From an uncultured Thermoplasmata archaeon (GTDB lineage: Archaea > Thermoplasmatota > Poseidoniia > MGIII > CG-Epi1), in contig CAXHBG010000001.1 of the NCBI GenBank assembly GCA_964015055.1, forward strand, positions 730-64,729: DNA of 64,000 nt, given 5' to 3'. Under the pieces are notes generated by a model, which made no database searches, was not told where the DNA came from, and saw nothing but the letters and a program-made list of their open reading frames with translations. Shown in pieces: positions 28,099 to 38,046 of the stretch (the first letter of the stretch is position 1; every line of letters starts with the position of its first letter). Position numbers and translations under genes: made by a program.

Positions 28099-28645
28099 AA
28101 TTAATTTTTATTATCTAGAAAAGCCTACCCTTTCCAATTTAAATAGAATATTTGGCTCAGCAGATATTCCTTTTATTCGTTTGTCTAAGTTTTTATCTAA
28201 AGAAGAGGCAAATTTTGATATGAAGCTACAGAAGGATGAAAAAATAGGTTTTTATAAAAGACATGTGAGTCCAGCTCATCTAGGAGATTTCTGGGAATCT
28301 AAAGATTTTCTTAGTTTTTTGGAATTAGGAACTGGTCTTCATCTTAAATTTCGTACGTCACAAGGCCAAACTTATGGTCAAGGTGATTATTCACTTTTGC
28401 ATTCTGAGGAATTTGAAAGAAAAAGGTTAGTAGTAGTTTACGATTTCACAAATAATTGGAATATTGAGTGGGGCGGACATGATATCTATACTTCTCCAGA
28501 CAAGGATCCCTTGATTTGCAACAGAGACGCAGGAACACTGATGCTAACTTTGCTGGATGAAGGAGATTATTCTTGTACAAGATACGTTAGTTTGAAATCG
28601 GATTCTAAAGTAGTTATCGATAAGGTTATTTTTGATTTGAAATAG
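28091..28645 (+). CDS. degenerate 2OG-Fe(II) DSBH protein (Ofd1/OGFOD1 C-terminal-domain-like)
   Basis: GDYSLLHSE, W..EWGG..IY, TRYVS; no recognisable distal His. Confidence 0.65.
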   Translation: MSEINFYYLEKPTLSNLNRIFGSADIPFIRLSKFLSKEEANFDMKLQKDEKIGFYKRHVSPAHLGDFWESKDFLSFLELGTGLHLKFRTSQGQTYGQGDYSLLHSEEFERKRLVVVYDFTNNWNIEWGGHDIYTSPDKDPLICNRDAGTLMLTLLDEGDYSCTRYVSLKSDSKVVIDKVIFDLK

Positions 28646-28713
28646 ATACTTATTTTTGAGTACCTACGCTATTTTTATATCTCACATACAAAAGTAATGT
28701 CACGGAGATTATT

Positions 28714-29421
28714 TTGTCCGACTCAATTAACCTAGAAAAAATAAAAAAGGAACTACTTAGTGGTAATCCAATTTTTGTATTTGATGAAGAGGGAAGAGAA
28801 TCGGAAACAGATATTTTCTTTTATGCTAAATCAGTTACGAGTAAGAATTTACATTATTTGAGAAAAAACGGAGGAGGGATGATTTTCTTAGCCTCAGATT
28901 ATTCGGTTTCAAGAAAATTAGGTATTCCTTTCATGGAAGAGATATATGAGGCAGCTTTCTCAAATTCAAATGATTTTTCAATATTAGAGATGATGAAACA
29001 CCATTCCTTGCCATACACAAAATCTAAATCTTCGTTCTCCATATTCATTAATCATAAGGATACTTTTACCGGGATAACTGACGACGATCGTTCCCTGACT
29101 GCCCGTTCATTTTCAGAAGTTTTTGAAAAAGCTAAGACTATAAGTGCTGATGAATCCATAAAAATCATGGGAAATTCATTTAGGAGCCCAGGTCATGTGC
29201 CAATTTGTATAGCAGCCTCTAATGGACTTTCGGAGAGGCAAGGACATACAGAATTGATAACTGAATTATTTAAAAAAATAAGTTTAACGCCTGTTGCACT
29301 GGGCTGTGAAATGGTTTCTAGATCAGGTAAATCTCTGACACGTTATGAAGCAGAGATATTTGCAAAAGACAATGGATATTTATTTTTAGATGGTCAACAT
29401 ATCAAAGAGGTATGTCAGTGA
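28714..29421 (+). CDS. ribB: 3,4-dihydroxy-2-butanone 4-phosphate synthase (archaeal type)
   Basis: FD.EGRESETD, KSSFSI..NH, TGITD.DR, FRSPGHV, RQGHTE, CEM. Confidence 0.92.
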   Translation: MSDSINLEKIKKELLSGNPIFVFDEEGRESETDIFFYAKSVTSKNLHYLRKNGGGMIFLASDYSVSRKLGIPFMEEIYEAAFSNSNDFSILEMMKHHSLPYTKSKSSFSIFINHKDTFTGITDDDRSLTARSFSEVFEKAKTISADESIKIMGNSFRSPGHVPICIAASNGLSERQGHTELITELFKKISLTPVALGCEMVSRSGKSLTRYEAEIFAKDNGYLFLDGQHIKEVCQ

Positions 29422-29858
29422 AGGTTGTAGCTACTGGTGTTTTTGATATAATTCACATAGGTCACGCCCATTTCTTGAACGCAGCCAAAGAGCATGGTAA
29501 TCATTTGACAGTAATTGTAGCCAACGATGCTACAGTCAGGAAGATGAAAGGGGAGCCCATTTTATCAGACAAGAGACGTTCGGAAGTAGTTTCTCAACTC
29601 AAACCAGTAGATGAAGTTGTGATAGGTAGAACAGGAGATATGCTTGATATTATTGTTGAAGACATAAAACCTGATGTTATTGCATTAGGTTTTGATCAAC
29701 GTTTATTTACTACAACTGAACTGTCAGCTAAACTATTGGAAAGAGGCTTGGAAGTTAAGGTAGTTCGACTTGAAGAAATGGAGCAAGATTTAGCAGGTTC
29801 ACGTAAGATAATTTCTAAAATTTTAAAGGTATATAGGAAAAAATATAGTTCTGAATAA
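29412..29858 (+). CDS. ribL: archaeal FAD synthase
   Basis: TGVFDIIHIGH (HxGH), KPVD, PDVIALGFDQ; lies in the riboflavin cluster. Confidence 0.88.
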   Translation: MSVKVVATGVFDIIHIGHAHFLNAAKEHGNHLTVIVANDATVRKMKGEPILSDKRRSEVVSQLKPVDEVVIGRTGDMLDIIVEDIKPDVIALGFDQRLFTTTELSAKLLERGLEVKVVRLEEMEQDLAGSRKIISKILKVYRKKYSSE

Positions 29859-30466
29859 TGGTTTTTACAGGAATAATACAAGAAAAAGCGGAAGTGTCTA
29901 GTATTGAAAAATCACAAGATTTTTCTAGTATTCGAATAGAAGCAAGTTCAGAGTTTGTAGAAGGAATTAAGATTGGAGCGAGCGTTTCAATTGATGGAGT
30001 TTGCTTAACAGTTACTTCAATAAAGGATAACAGTTTGACTTTTGATATAATTGTAGAAACTTTAAGAGTTACTAATTTATCAAATTTAGAAGAGTATGAT
30101 TTAGTTAATCTAGAAAGGGCAGCGCGTTTTGGAGATGAAATTGGTGGACATATTGTCTCGGGCCATGTTTCTGGAATCGTTAAAATATCAAAAATAGAAA
30201 AGACAACTAATAATCACATTATATCCTTTAAAACGAGTAATGACTTGATAAAATATATTTTTCCAAAGGGGTATGTCTCACTAAATGGAATAAGCTTAAC
30301 CATTGGGGATGTAAATAGATTAGATAATATTTTTACTGTTTATTTAATTCCTGAAACGCTAAGAATTACGACTATGCTAGACAAGAAAGTTGGAGATATA
30401 ATTAATTTAGAAGTTGAAACCCAAACCAAAAATACAGTAGATTTAATAACTGAGATGCAGGTGTAA
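29858..30466 (+). CDS. ribE: riboflavin synthase (bacterial/eukaryotic alpha-chain type)
   Basis: MxFTGII, GASVSIDGVCLTV, VNLERA, GGHIVSGHV, NGISLT, IPETL, NLE. Confidence 0.93.
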   Translation: MVFTGIIQEKAEVSSIEKSQDFSSIRIEASSEFVEGIKIGASVSIDGVCLTVTSIKDNSLTFDIIVETLRVTNLSNLEEYDLVNLERAARFGDEIGGHIVSGHVSGIVKISKIEKTTNNHIISFKTSNDLIKYIFPKGYVSLNGISLTIGDVNRLDNIFTVYLIPETLRITTMLDKKVGDIINLEVETQTKNTVDLITEMQV

Positions 30467-30469
30467 TAT

Positions 30470-30874
30470 ATGGCAAAGTCAGTAGCGATTGTGGCAGGAA
30501 GTTATCACAAAGACAAAGTTGAGAAAATGGTTAAAATAGTTAAATCAATATCTCCTGAAAACAATCTGCTGGTTGAAGAAATAAGCTGGGTTCCAGGGTC
30601 AATGGAACTTCCCCTACAGGTTAAACGTTTGTTACTTAGGGAATCAATTGAAGGCGTAATAGTCTTAGGAATTATTGAAAAAGGAGAGACAGATCATGGC
30701 CTAGTCATGGGTCAGGCAGTTACTAAGTCAATCATAGATTTACAATTACTTTCAATGAAGCCTATAGGTTTTGGAATAATAGGTCCAGGTGCAGAAGAAG
30801 AACAAATTGATAAAAGAGTAGAAGTTCATGCTAGGCAGGCAGTGTTAGCAGTCTCGGAGATGTTATTTAATTAA
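30470..30874 (+). CDS. ribH: 6,7-dimethyl-8-ribityllumazine synthase
   Basis: VPGSMELP, LGIIEKGETDH, KPIGFGIIGPG. Confidence 0.9.
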   Translation: MAKSVAIVAGSYHKDKVEKMVKIVKSISPENNLLVEEISWVPGSMELPLQVKRLLLRESIEGVIVLGIIEKGETDHGLVMGQAVTKSIIDLQLLSMKPIGFGIIGPGAEEEQIDKRVEVHARQAVLAVSEMLFN

Positions 30875-33488
30875 ATTTATTTTTTATTTTCCAATTGCTC
30901 ATTTTATATTTTTCTATAATATAGTGGAGAGCATGATAGAAGCTTGGTAGAGCAAAAACAGCCATAAGGAGAGAGAATAGAACTAGTGTAATAATTAATG
31001 CGAAGAAATTTCTTAGTCCAATAAATTGGCTACTAAAGAATGAAATAAGAACTCCGGAGAATACCCCTCCCATTGTGGTAAATGTTGCTTCTACAACTGA
31101 CTGACCTGTATTCTCAACAGCTTTTTGTATTCCTTCAGGAGTAGTACCTTCTTCCCTTACTCTTTCAGTAATTTGAATAGAATTATCAATACCAATTCCA
31201 ATAATAATTGTCCCAACCATTGCGGTAAAAATATTTAGATTAGTTCCTCCAGCGTCAACAGTCGCTGGGTACCACAGAATTACTAACAATATGGGTAGGA
31301 AAGTTATTACTCCGAATTTAACCGAACTAAAAATCACGATCATTGTCATCAAAACTAAAAGTAAACTTAGCTTAATCGTGTCGAATTGAGTTTCTTGAAT
31401 TCCTTCATTAATTGCGATACTTACAGGAGGACCTCCGGTTAATTGAGACATTTGCGCATCGTGGGCATGAATTTGTTTATCTCTTAAAAAAGCGATATTA
31501 TCTATCTCATTAACTAATATTGTGGTATCATCAATATTGATGTATGGCATGCTAACATAGATTAATGCTTTATCGTACTCATCAGTCAAAAGCATTGCCC
31601 GCATTTCATCGGTAAATGACTCGTAAAATACATCAATCATATCACTCCTTAGTTGCTCCCTGCTGTATAATGGATTTATATCAATCCAAACATAATCATC
31701 TCCAAAAAAGTCACTGTGTAAGAAATCCCAAAAGCTTCCGTCGAATTCAAATTGAGTTTCACCATCTAAATCATCCAGAGTAATAGTGATATGGGCTGAT
31801 TTGAAAAAGTCAACGATAGAAAAAGCTGAAACATTTATAATTTCATTAGAATTTCTATTAGTAACGGATAAATTATTTATCTCTCCTTGCGTCCAATTCA
31901 TAACATCTAAAACATCTAAATCTTTAGCAGCTGGCTTTAGTCTATCTTCAGGACCGTTTACTAGTAAAATTCCAGTTTGTCCAGCTTCAAATTTTTCAGA
32001 ATATTCGCCTAATTTCTTAATTGAATCAATATCTTCAGGTGCAGATTCACTTCCTTTAATGTCTTGATCCATTACTGCAATTCTTGCTATAGAGTAAGAC
32101 GTTGTTAGAAGTAAAACTAGTAGAATAGTTTTCCATTGTTTTGTTGATAAGACTGCTATACTTTTCCAGCCTTCTGATTTATGCCTTGAATAATTAGTTA
32201 GCTTCATAATTGCAGGAGTCATACTAACTGTCAGAAAGAATGCACACATTACTCCGACAATCATAGTAAATCCAACGGTTCTCATTGGAGCAATTGGAGA
32301 AATGAAGAGAGCAGAAAAACCAATCGTATCTGTTACGGCACATAGGAAGGTTGCTTTTCCCGTCGTAAGTAATGCTAAAAATGTTGCTCTTGGCATTTTA
32401 TTTCCTTCGTCTTTAAATTCTACAATTCGATTGGCTACGTGTAATCCATAGTCAACGCCAATTCCAACTAAAATTGGTCCGGCTGCCACAATCATTGGGG
32501 TAAGAACCACTCCAGATAAATTTACAATCCCGAGTGTCCAAATTAGAGCACAAAAGATTGGTACTAAAACAACAGGTATGGCCAACCAGTTTCTATGAAA
32601 AAATAACATCATAGCAATTACTATACCTAATGAAATAGGTAGCATTGTTAGTAAATCATCGTATAATCTAGCAGTTACTTCGTGAAGAACAACAACAAGA
32701 CCAGTTTGAGTCATGTCAGTTCTAGCATTATATCTTTGATCAATATGCTCTTGAATCTTAGCAATCATTTCTTCTTGTGAAGCATCATTATTTTCTCCTT
32801 GATATTTTAAAGCGAATAGAATTACTGCAGTATCAATTATCTTATCATCATTTGTGTCTATAGCAAAATTTTGTAAGGCTGATGACGTACTATCATATAT
32901 TTGGTCTACTCTATCTTGATCATCGGGTATATTGTATGTACCAGTTAGATTTACAGTATCATCATCATTTTGCTCAATACTTAATCCACCAAATATTTTC
33001 CCTTCAGTTGCTTCTATAAATCTAGCATTTGTTGAGTTAAATTCCTTAATTAGGGTAGAAATACTTAGTGTAAAAATTATTCCATCTTTATCACCTCGAT
33101 CAGCTTGATAAGTTTCTAAATCTTCACTTTGTCCATATTTATCAATTGTAGCTTCAAGAAGAGCAATTTCTTTCAAAGTAGGAACATAGGTAATATTATC
33201 AACTACAATGTCATTAAAGACATTGGGATCGTTAGCATTCCCAGTTTCAATATAGACAATGATTAGATCAGTTGCCCAATCTTGTCTAACCTCAATTAAT
33301 ATTTCTGTAGATTCCTCTCCTTCTGGAAGATATACTTCGATATCTCTTGTCATATTTTCTTCGAAAGTTAAGGCAGATTGTAGAAGAAGAACAGTTATTA
33401 GACTAAGAATAGCAATGGTGGCTATAGCATTCTTCAAAATTATATTAGTATAAATTTGAACTCCGTTCTCTAAAGCCTTCGTAATCAC
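30867..33488 (-). CDS. RND/MMPL-family (HAE3-like) transporter
   Basis: Duplicated architecture with GIGVDYGLH and GIGIDNSIQ; large acidic external loops. Confidence 0.9.
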   Translation of the reverse strand: MITKALENGVQIYTNIILKNAIATIAILSLITVLLLQSALTFEENMTRDIEVYLPEGEESTEILIEVRQDWATDLIIVYIETGNANDPNVFNDIVVDNITYVPTLKEIALLEATIDKYGQSEDLETYQADRGDKDGIIFTLSISTLIKEFNSTNARFIEATEGKIFGGLSIEQNDDDTVNLTGTYNIPDDQDRVDQIYDSTSSALQNFAIDTNDDKIIDTAVILFALKYQGENNDASQEEMIAKIQEHIDQRYNARTDMTQTGLVVVLHEVTARLYDDLLTMLPISLGIVIAMMLFFHRNWLAIPVVLVPIFCALIWTLGIVNLSGVVLTPMIVAAGPILVGIGVDYGLHVANRIVEFKDEGNKMPRATFLALLTTGKATFLCAVTDTIGFSALFISPIAPMRTVGFTMIVGVMCAFFLTVSMTPAIMKLTNYSRHKSEGWKSIAVLSTKQWKTILLVLLLTTSYSIARIAVMDQDIKGSESAPEDIDSIKKLGEYSEKFEAGQTGILLVNGPEDRLKPAAKDLDVLDVMNWTQGEINNLSVTNRNSNEIINVSAFSIVDFFKSAHITITLDDLDGETQFEFDGSFWDFLHSDFFGDDYVWIDINPLYSREQLRSDMIDVFYESFTDEMRAMLLTDEYDKALIYVSMPYINIDDTTILVNEIDNIAFLRDKQIHAHDAQMSQLTGGPPVSIAINEGIQETQFDTIKLSLLLVLMTMIVIFSSVKFGVITFLPILLVILWYPATVDAGGTNLNIFTAMVGTIIIGIGIDNSIQITERVREEGTTPEGIQKAVENTGQSVVEATFTTMGGVFSGVLISFFSSQFIGLRNFFALIITLVLFSLLMAVFALPSFYHALHYIIEKYKMSNWKIKNKFN

Positions 33489-33523
33489 AAGTGCCCTATC
33501 GAGGCCTCAAAATAAATGTAATC

Positions 33524-35287
33524 TCAACTAGAATAGTAGTATTCTTTCTTACTTTTCTGTTCTCTGTCCAATCTTGAATCTGGCTTGTTGACCCGAGGTC
33601 TATGTGTATTTTTATCTCGTCTGAAGGTTACATCTACTCTTTCTAGGAAAATATTCATTCCCTCACGCATTTTGTAGGGTCCTTCCACGACCCCTCTTTT
33701 TCCGGGTTCCCCGCCAAAACATAATATCCCGTCTGAGATATAATCAATGAAGTAAATATCATGGTCTACTATTAGAGCAGATTTACCTCTGTTCTCCATG
33801 AATTTTCTAATAGTTTTTGCAGTTACCATTCTTTGATTTGCATCAAGATATGCAGACGGTTCATCCAATAAATACAAATCCGCTTCCTTGAGTAAGCATT
33901 CAGCAACTGCAACTCTCTGCAACTCCCCTCCAGACAGAGTTTGCATTTCTCTCTCTAGTAACGGCTCCAAATTTAGGGGCCTGTTTAGTTCAGTACTAAA
34001 TGTATGTTCATCATATCCTTCAACAGATTTTAGTAGATCTTCCACAATCATTCCTTCTTGAATATCAATGTATTGAGGCTTGTAAGATACAGCAATCTCA
34101 TTTTCAATTTTACCTTCATCAGGCTTTAACTCTCCAGCTAGAATTTTCACAAAGGTTGTTTTACCAGTAGCATTTGCACCGACCGCACCTAAAACTTGGC
34201 CGCTTAGTAGTTCGCCTGCATTTGAATCAAGATTAAAACTACCCAATTTCTTTGATAATTTAGGCCACTCTACCAGCTCCATTCCATCCCACCCGGTTCT
34301 TGGTGGATGTTCTAAGAATTTTATTGGTTTATCTCTAATTCTAACGTTTTGTTCAGGTAAGTATCCTTCAATATATGCATTAATAGCTTTACGGGTAGTT
34401 CTGGCTGGAGTGAAGATTCCAAAAGCCCCTTTCTTTCCATAAACAATATGAGTTAAATCTGCAATTACATCTAACACAGCTAAGTCATGTTCAATTACAA
34501 TTACTCTTGCAGATTCAGAGAGTTCTTGAATAATTCTTACGATTCTCATCCTTTCATAAATGTCAAGGTAAGAAGATGGTTCATCAAAGAAGTAAACATC
34601 GGCTTGCTTTAGCAATGTGGCGCAAATTGCTACACGTTGCAATTCTCCTCCAGATAGTTGGTCTAAATTTCGTTCCAAGAGATGACCTAATCCAAATTTT
34701 TCAATCATTTCATCATATAATCCTCTTTCATTTACTGAGGATAGAAGTTTACCCACATTCCCTTTGAAAGCTTTAGGAATATGGTCTACATATTGAGGTT
34801 TTAACGCCACTTTAACTGTAGATTCATTCAAGTCAGTTAGAAAATCTCTTAATTCACCACGCGGTAATGTTTCAATTACATCTTCCCACAGACAATCGCT
34901 TGATTCGAATTCACCAAGATTTGGAATTATGCTTCCGTTCAAGATATTAAATGCTGTAGATTTCCCCATTCCATTTGGTCCTAAAATACCAATTATGGAG
35001 TCTTTAGATGGGGTAGGCAATCGGAATAGTCTAAAACCATTGAGCGAGTATCTGTGAATCATATCAGTTTCTAACTCTTCGGGGAGATTGATTACTTTGA
35101 CAGCATCGCCGGGACAATTTTTAGCTCTCATCAAGCACGGCGGACAAGCGTCTTCTAAAATTTTACATTTATCATTTTCATCGACCTGTATACATTCAGC
35201 TCCACAAGACCCAGCATATTTTTGCAAATATTCAAAGGCAGGGCTATTTGGCTTGCATCTGTCCTCAAATAAAACGGCAATTCTCAT
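33524..35287 (-). CDS. abce1: ribosome recycling ATPase ABCE1 (Rli1), atypical Fe-S domain
   Basis: GPNGMGKST, LSGGELQR twice, DEPSSYLD, TFRRD..T.RPRVNK..S.LDREQK. Confidence 0.96.
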   Translation of the reverse strand: MRIAVLFEDRCKPNSPAFEYLQKYAGSCGAECIQVDENDKCKILEDACPPCLMRAKNCPGDAVKVINLPEELETDMIHRYSLNGFRLFRLPTPSKDSIIGILGPNGMGKSTAFNILNGSIIPNLGEFESSDCLWEDVIETLPRGELRDFLTDLNESTVKVALKPQYVDHIPKAFKGNVGKLLSSVNERGLYDEMIEKFGLGHLLERNLDQLSGGELQRVAICATLLKQADVYFFDEPSSYLDIYERMRIVRIIQELSESARVIVIEHDLAVLDVIADLTHIVYGKKGAFGIFTPARTTRKAINAYIEGYLPEQNVRIRDKPIKFLEHPPRTGWDGMELVEWPKLSKKLGSFNLDSNAGELLSGQVLGAVGANATGKTTFVKILAGELKPDEGKIENEIAVSYKPQYIDIQEGMIVEDLLKSVEGYDEHTFSTELNRPLNLEPLLEREMQTLSGGELQRVAVAECLLKEADLYLLDEPSAYLDANQRMVTAKTIRKFMENRGKSALIVDHDIYFIDYISDGILCFGGEPGKRGVVEGPYKMREGMNIFLERVDVTFRRDKNTHRPRVNKPDSRLDREQKSKKEYYYSS

Positions 35288-35397
35288 TTTTCGATATTTT
35301 TGAAAGACTTAGTCTTGTCGTATTCCTTTCCATAGTACGAGTAATTAAAATCATATGGTCATCCAAAGATACTTTTGTCCCCCTTTAATGGGATGTT

Positions 35398-35835
35398 GTG
35401 CGAATTAAATTTACATTACCGGGAAAGCCCGTTGCTCAAGGAAGACCCCGATTCTATAGAAAAGGAAAATTTGTAGTTGCTACAGATCCTAAACCAAGTA
35501 AAGTTTACAAAGCAGATATTGCATATATCGCACAGAGAGCCAGAGAGGAAGCTGGAATTGAAGGTCTTTTTGAAGGTCCATTGGGTATGGAAATTTTAGC
35601 TTATTTTCCATGCCCTAAAAGTAAATGGAGAGTTAAAGTTCCTAGAATTGAAGAGCATCATGCAAAGAGACCCGATGCAGATAATTTAGCTAAATCAGTA
35701 AAAGATGGTCTAAGCGGAGTTTTGTATCATGACGACGGTCAAATATCAGAATTAGTAGTTAGAAAAAGGATTGCAGCTCAAGGCGACGGCCCAAGAATTG
35801 AAGTTGAATTGTACAAATTGGAGCCATTAGAATGA
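35398..35835 (+). CDS. rusA: RusA-family Holliday junction resolvase
   Basis: PG.PV.QGRPR, RPDADNLAK.VKDGL, DDGQI catalytic Asp pattern. Confidence 0.9.
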   Translation: MRIKFTLPGKPVAQGRPRFYRKGKFVVATDPKPSKVYKADIAYIAQRAREEAGIEGLFEGPLGMEILAYFPCPKSKWRVKVPRIEEHHAKRPDADNLAKSVKDGLSGVLYHDDGQISELVVRKRIAAQGDGPRIEVELYKLEPLE

Positions 35836-36653
35836 GTTTAATCATAGACGGTAAAAAAATAGCCAAAGAAATAGAAACTGAATTAACCGCTAAAGTGGGT
35901 GCAATGGAGAGTGCTCCCAGATTGTCAGTGGTTCAGATAGGAGATGACCCAGCCTCTGCTTCTTACATTAAAGCCAAAGCTAATGCAGCCTCTAGAGTTG
36001 GCATCGAACTGACCCATCATCATTTATCATTAGATACTTCAATAAAAGAATTAGAAAATCTTGTTGACAATTTAAACGAAAGTGAGGATGGCCTCATAAT
36101 TCAGTTACCTATTCCCAAGGCCCTAGAACCTGTTTTAGAAAGAATAAAGCCTGGCAATGATGTGGATGGCTTTCACTCCGAAAATTTAGGAAAATTAGTT
36201 CAAGGAATTTCAGGAATGGTTCCTTGTACTCCAGCAGGTATTATTGAATTATTATACCGTTCTGGAAATGATCCCAAGGGCAAACACGTAGTTGTTGTTG
36301 GTCGTAGCACGATAGTTGGCACGCCACTGTCTCTTCTTTTATCTCAGAAAGGAGTAGATGCAACAGTTACATTGTGCCATAGTAGAACTAAATCCTTGCA
36401 TGAGCATTGCAAACAAGCCGATATCCTAGTGGCTGCAGTTGGAAAAGCTAATATGATTACTAAGGATATGGTAAAACCCGGTGCAGTAATAATTGACGTG
36501 GGAGTTAACAGAACCTCAGAAGGGTTAGTTGGAGATGTATCGCATGATGTTAGAGATGTTGCAAGTCAGATTACGCCAGTTCCTGGAGGGGTAGGCCCTA
36601 TGACAGTTGTGATGTTAATGTCGAATACGGTAAAATCAGCTTTAGAAAACTAA
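35832..36653 (+). CDS. folD: methylene-THF dehydrogenase/cyclohydrolase
   Basis: IIDGK, DVDGFH, PCTP.G, GRS.IVG.P, ITPVPGGVGPMT. Confidence 0.96.
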   Translation: MSLIIDGKKIAKEIETELTAKVGAMESAPRLSVVQIGDDPASASYIKAKANAASRVGIELTHHHLSLDTSIKELENLVDNLNESEDGLIIQLPIPKALEPVLERIKPGNDVDGFHSENLGKLVQGISGMVPCTPAGIIELLYRSGNDPKGKHVVVVGRSTIVGTPLSLLLSQKGVDATVTLCHSRTKSLHEHCKQADILVAAVGKANMITKDMVKPGAVIIDVGVNRTSEGLVGDVSHDVRDVASQITPVPGGVGPMTVVMLMSNTVKSALEN

Positions 36654-37967
36654 GTTTTTGAAAAGTGTCCACGGACTAGTCAACTGGCGCTGGGCTTCCT
36701 TTGACGTTAAGCTCTCGGACAAAATCTTCTGGAGTTCAGGTTTCCTTTGCGCTTTGCCAATAAACCAATTTATCAACCATTCTTTTCTAGTATAATTTTG
36801 GATTTTGTAAGAATTTGTTAACTCTTTACCCAGGATTTCCCAAACCTCTCTCTGGTAATCTTCTCCACATTCTAAATTAAAGTCCTTTCTATTTTCTTTG
36901 ATATGCTTTATTGCAGTCTTTGCAGATAGAAGGGCATTTCCTATACCTTCTCCAGTAAAAGGATCTACCAAACTCCCTGAGTCTCCCACTAGTAGGCAAC
37001 CATTACCAAACATTCTTCTTAATTTCATACTATTATTTCTCGGAGAGCCCAAAGGTAATTGCCAAGCTTTTCCGCTATTTTCTACCAATTCAGCATTCTT
37101 AAATCTCGATGCAAATTTTTCTTTTATTATATATTTTTGAAGATCTTTTAGTTTCTTATCTTTACTCTTATAATCTTCAAGTGTAATACCTAAGCCCACA
37201 TTGCACGTATTGTTGCCGACAGGAAAAATCCAAAAATATCCAGGAATAACTCCATCCACATAGTGGAATTCTATAGCTCCTTTTTCATAGTCTATGCCAT
37301 CTATCCCTCTCCAGTATTCTCTAAATGAAGTACTCCAATGTTTTTTCTTGATAAATTTTTCACCGTTTATTTCGGATACGACTGTTTTAGCAACAGGACA
37401 GTTTACGCCTCCGGCTCCTACAGTTATGGGAGCATAGAATTTTTTTTCTCCAATACCATTTTTTCCTTTTACACCAATTATTCGGTTGTTTTCTCTACTG
37501 TCAATAATCAAATCGTTAACTCGGAAGTTTTGGATAGCAAAACCTCCACTATTTTCCACGAGGCTCTTTGCTTCATTGAATAGGAACCAATCAAAATTCA
37601 TTCTAGGATATACATATCCTGTAGTTTCAGAATCTTTAATTTTAACTTTTACTTTTTCTTCTTTCGTATTACTAAATATTACACTATCAAATACGAAATG
37701 TGGACTTTTTTCCAGACTTCTTAATATATTCAATTCTTCTAAATGTCTTAGAGCTTTTCCTCCTACAGCGTCTCCACAGACTTTGTCTCTTGGAAATTCA
37801 TCTTTTTCTAACAGTAAAACTTTGAGCCTTTCTTTAGCAGCATAACAGGCTGCTGCAGAGCCTGCAGGCCCGCCTCCAACAATAATAACATCGAAATTAA
37901 CTTCATCTTCAGGAATCTTTTTAGTTTCTATATTTTTTTCCCAAAAATTATTAGCTTTATTCGACAC
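36642..37967 (-). CDS. geranylgeranyl reductase family flavoprotein
   Basis: VGGGPAGS, FPRDKVCGD, GYFWIFP, VGDSG..VDPFTGEGI. Confidence 0.88.
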   Translation of the reverse strand: MSNKANNFWEKNIETKKIPEDEVNFDVIIVGGGPAGSAAACYAAKERLKVLLLEKDEFPRDKVCGDAVGGKALRHLEELNILRSLEKSPHFVFDSVIFSNTKEEKVKVKIKDSETTGYVYPRMNFDWFLFNEAKSLVENSGGFAIQNFRVNDLIIDSRENNRIIGVKGKNGIGEKKFYAPITVGAGGVNCPVAKTVVSEINGEKFIKKKHWSTSFREYWRGIDGIDYEKGAIEFHYVDGVIPGYFWIFPVGNNTCNVGLGITLEDYKSKDKKLKDLQKYIIKEKFASRFKNAELVENSGKAWQLPLGSPRNNSMKLRRMFGNGCLLVGDSGSLVDPFTGEGIGNALLSAKTAIKHIKENRKDFNLECGEDYQREVWEILGKELTNSYKIQNYTRKEWLINWFIGKAQRKPELQKILSESLTSKEAQRQLTSPWTLFKNLVF

Positions 37968-38046
37968 AATTTCGGAACTTATACCGATTAATAAACGTTT
38001 TCAACGTGGCAATACAAATTTTAAGACCTCTGTTAATCTCGCTTTA

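Noticed and set aside
27523..28645. Frameshifted single OGFOD1-like pseudogene
   Set aside because: Gene 2 has its own ATG overlapping the gene 1 stop, like other coupled genes here, and gene 1 ends right after its final motif; a read check would still be prudent.
35304..35316. Palindrome AAGACT-T-AGTCTT upstream of ABCE1, resembling the pilin-flanking motif
   Set aside because: Short, different spacing and single occurrence; plausible by chance.
35398..35835. Prophage around rusA
   Set aside because: Flanked directly by ABCE1 and folD; no viral structural or replication genes.
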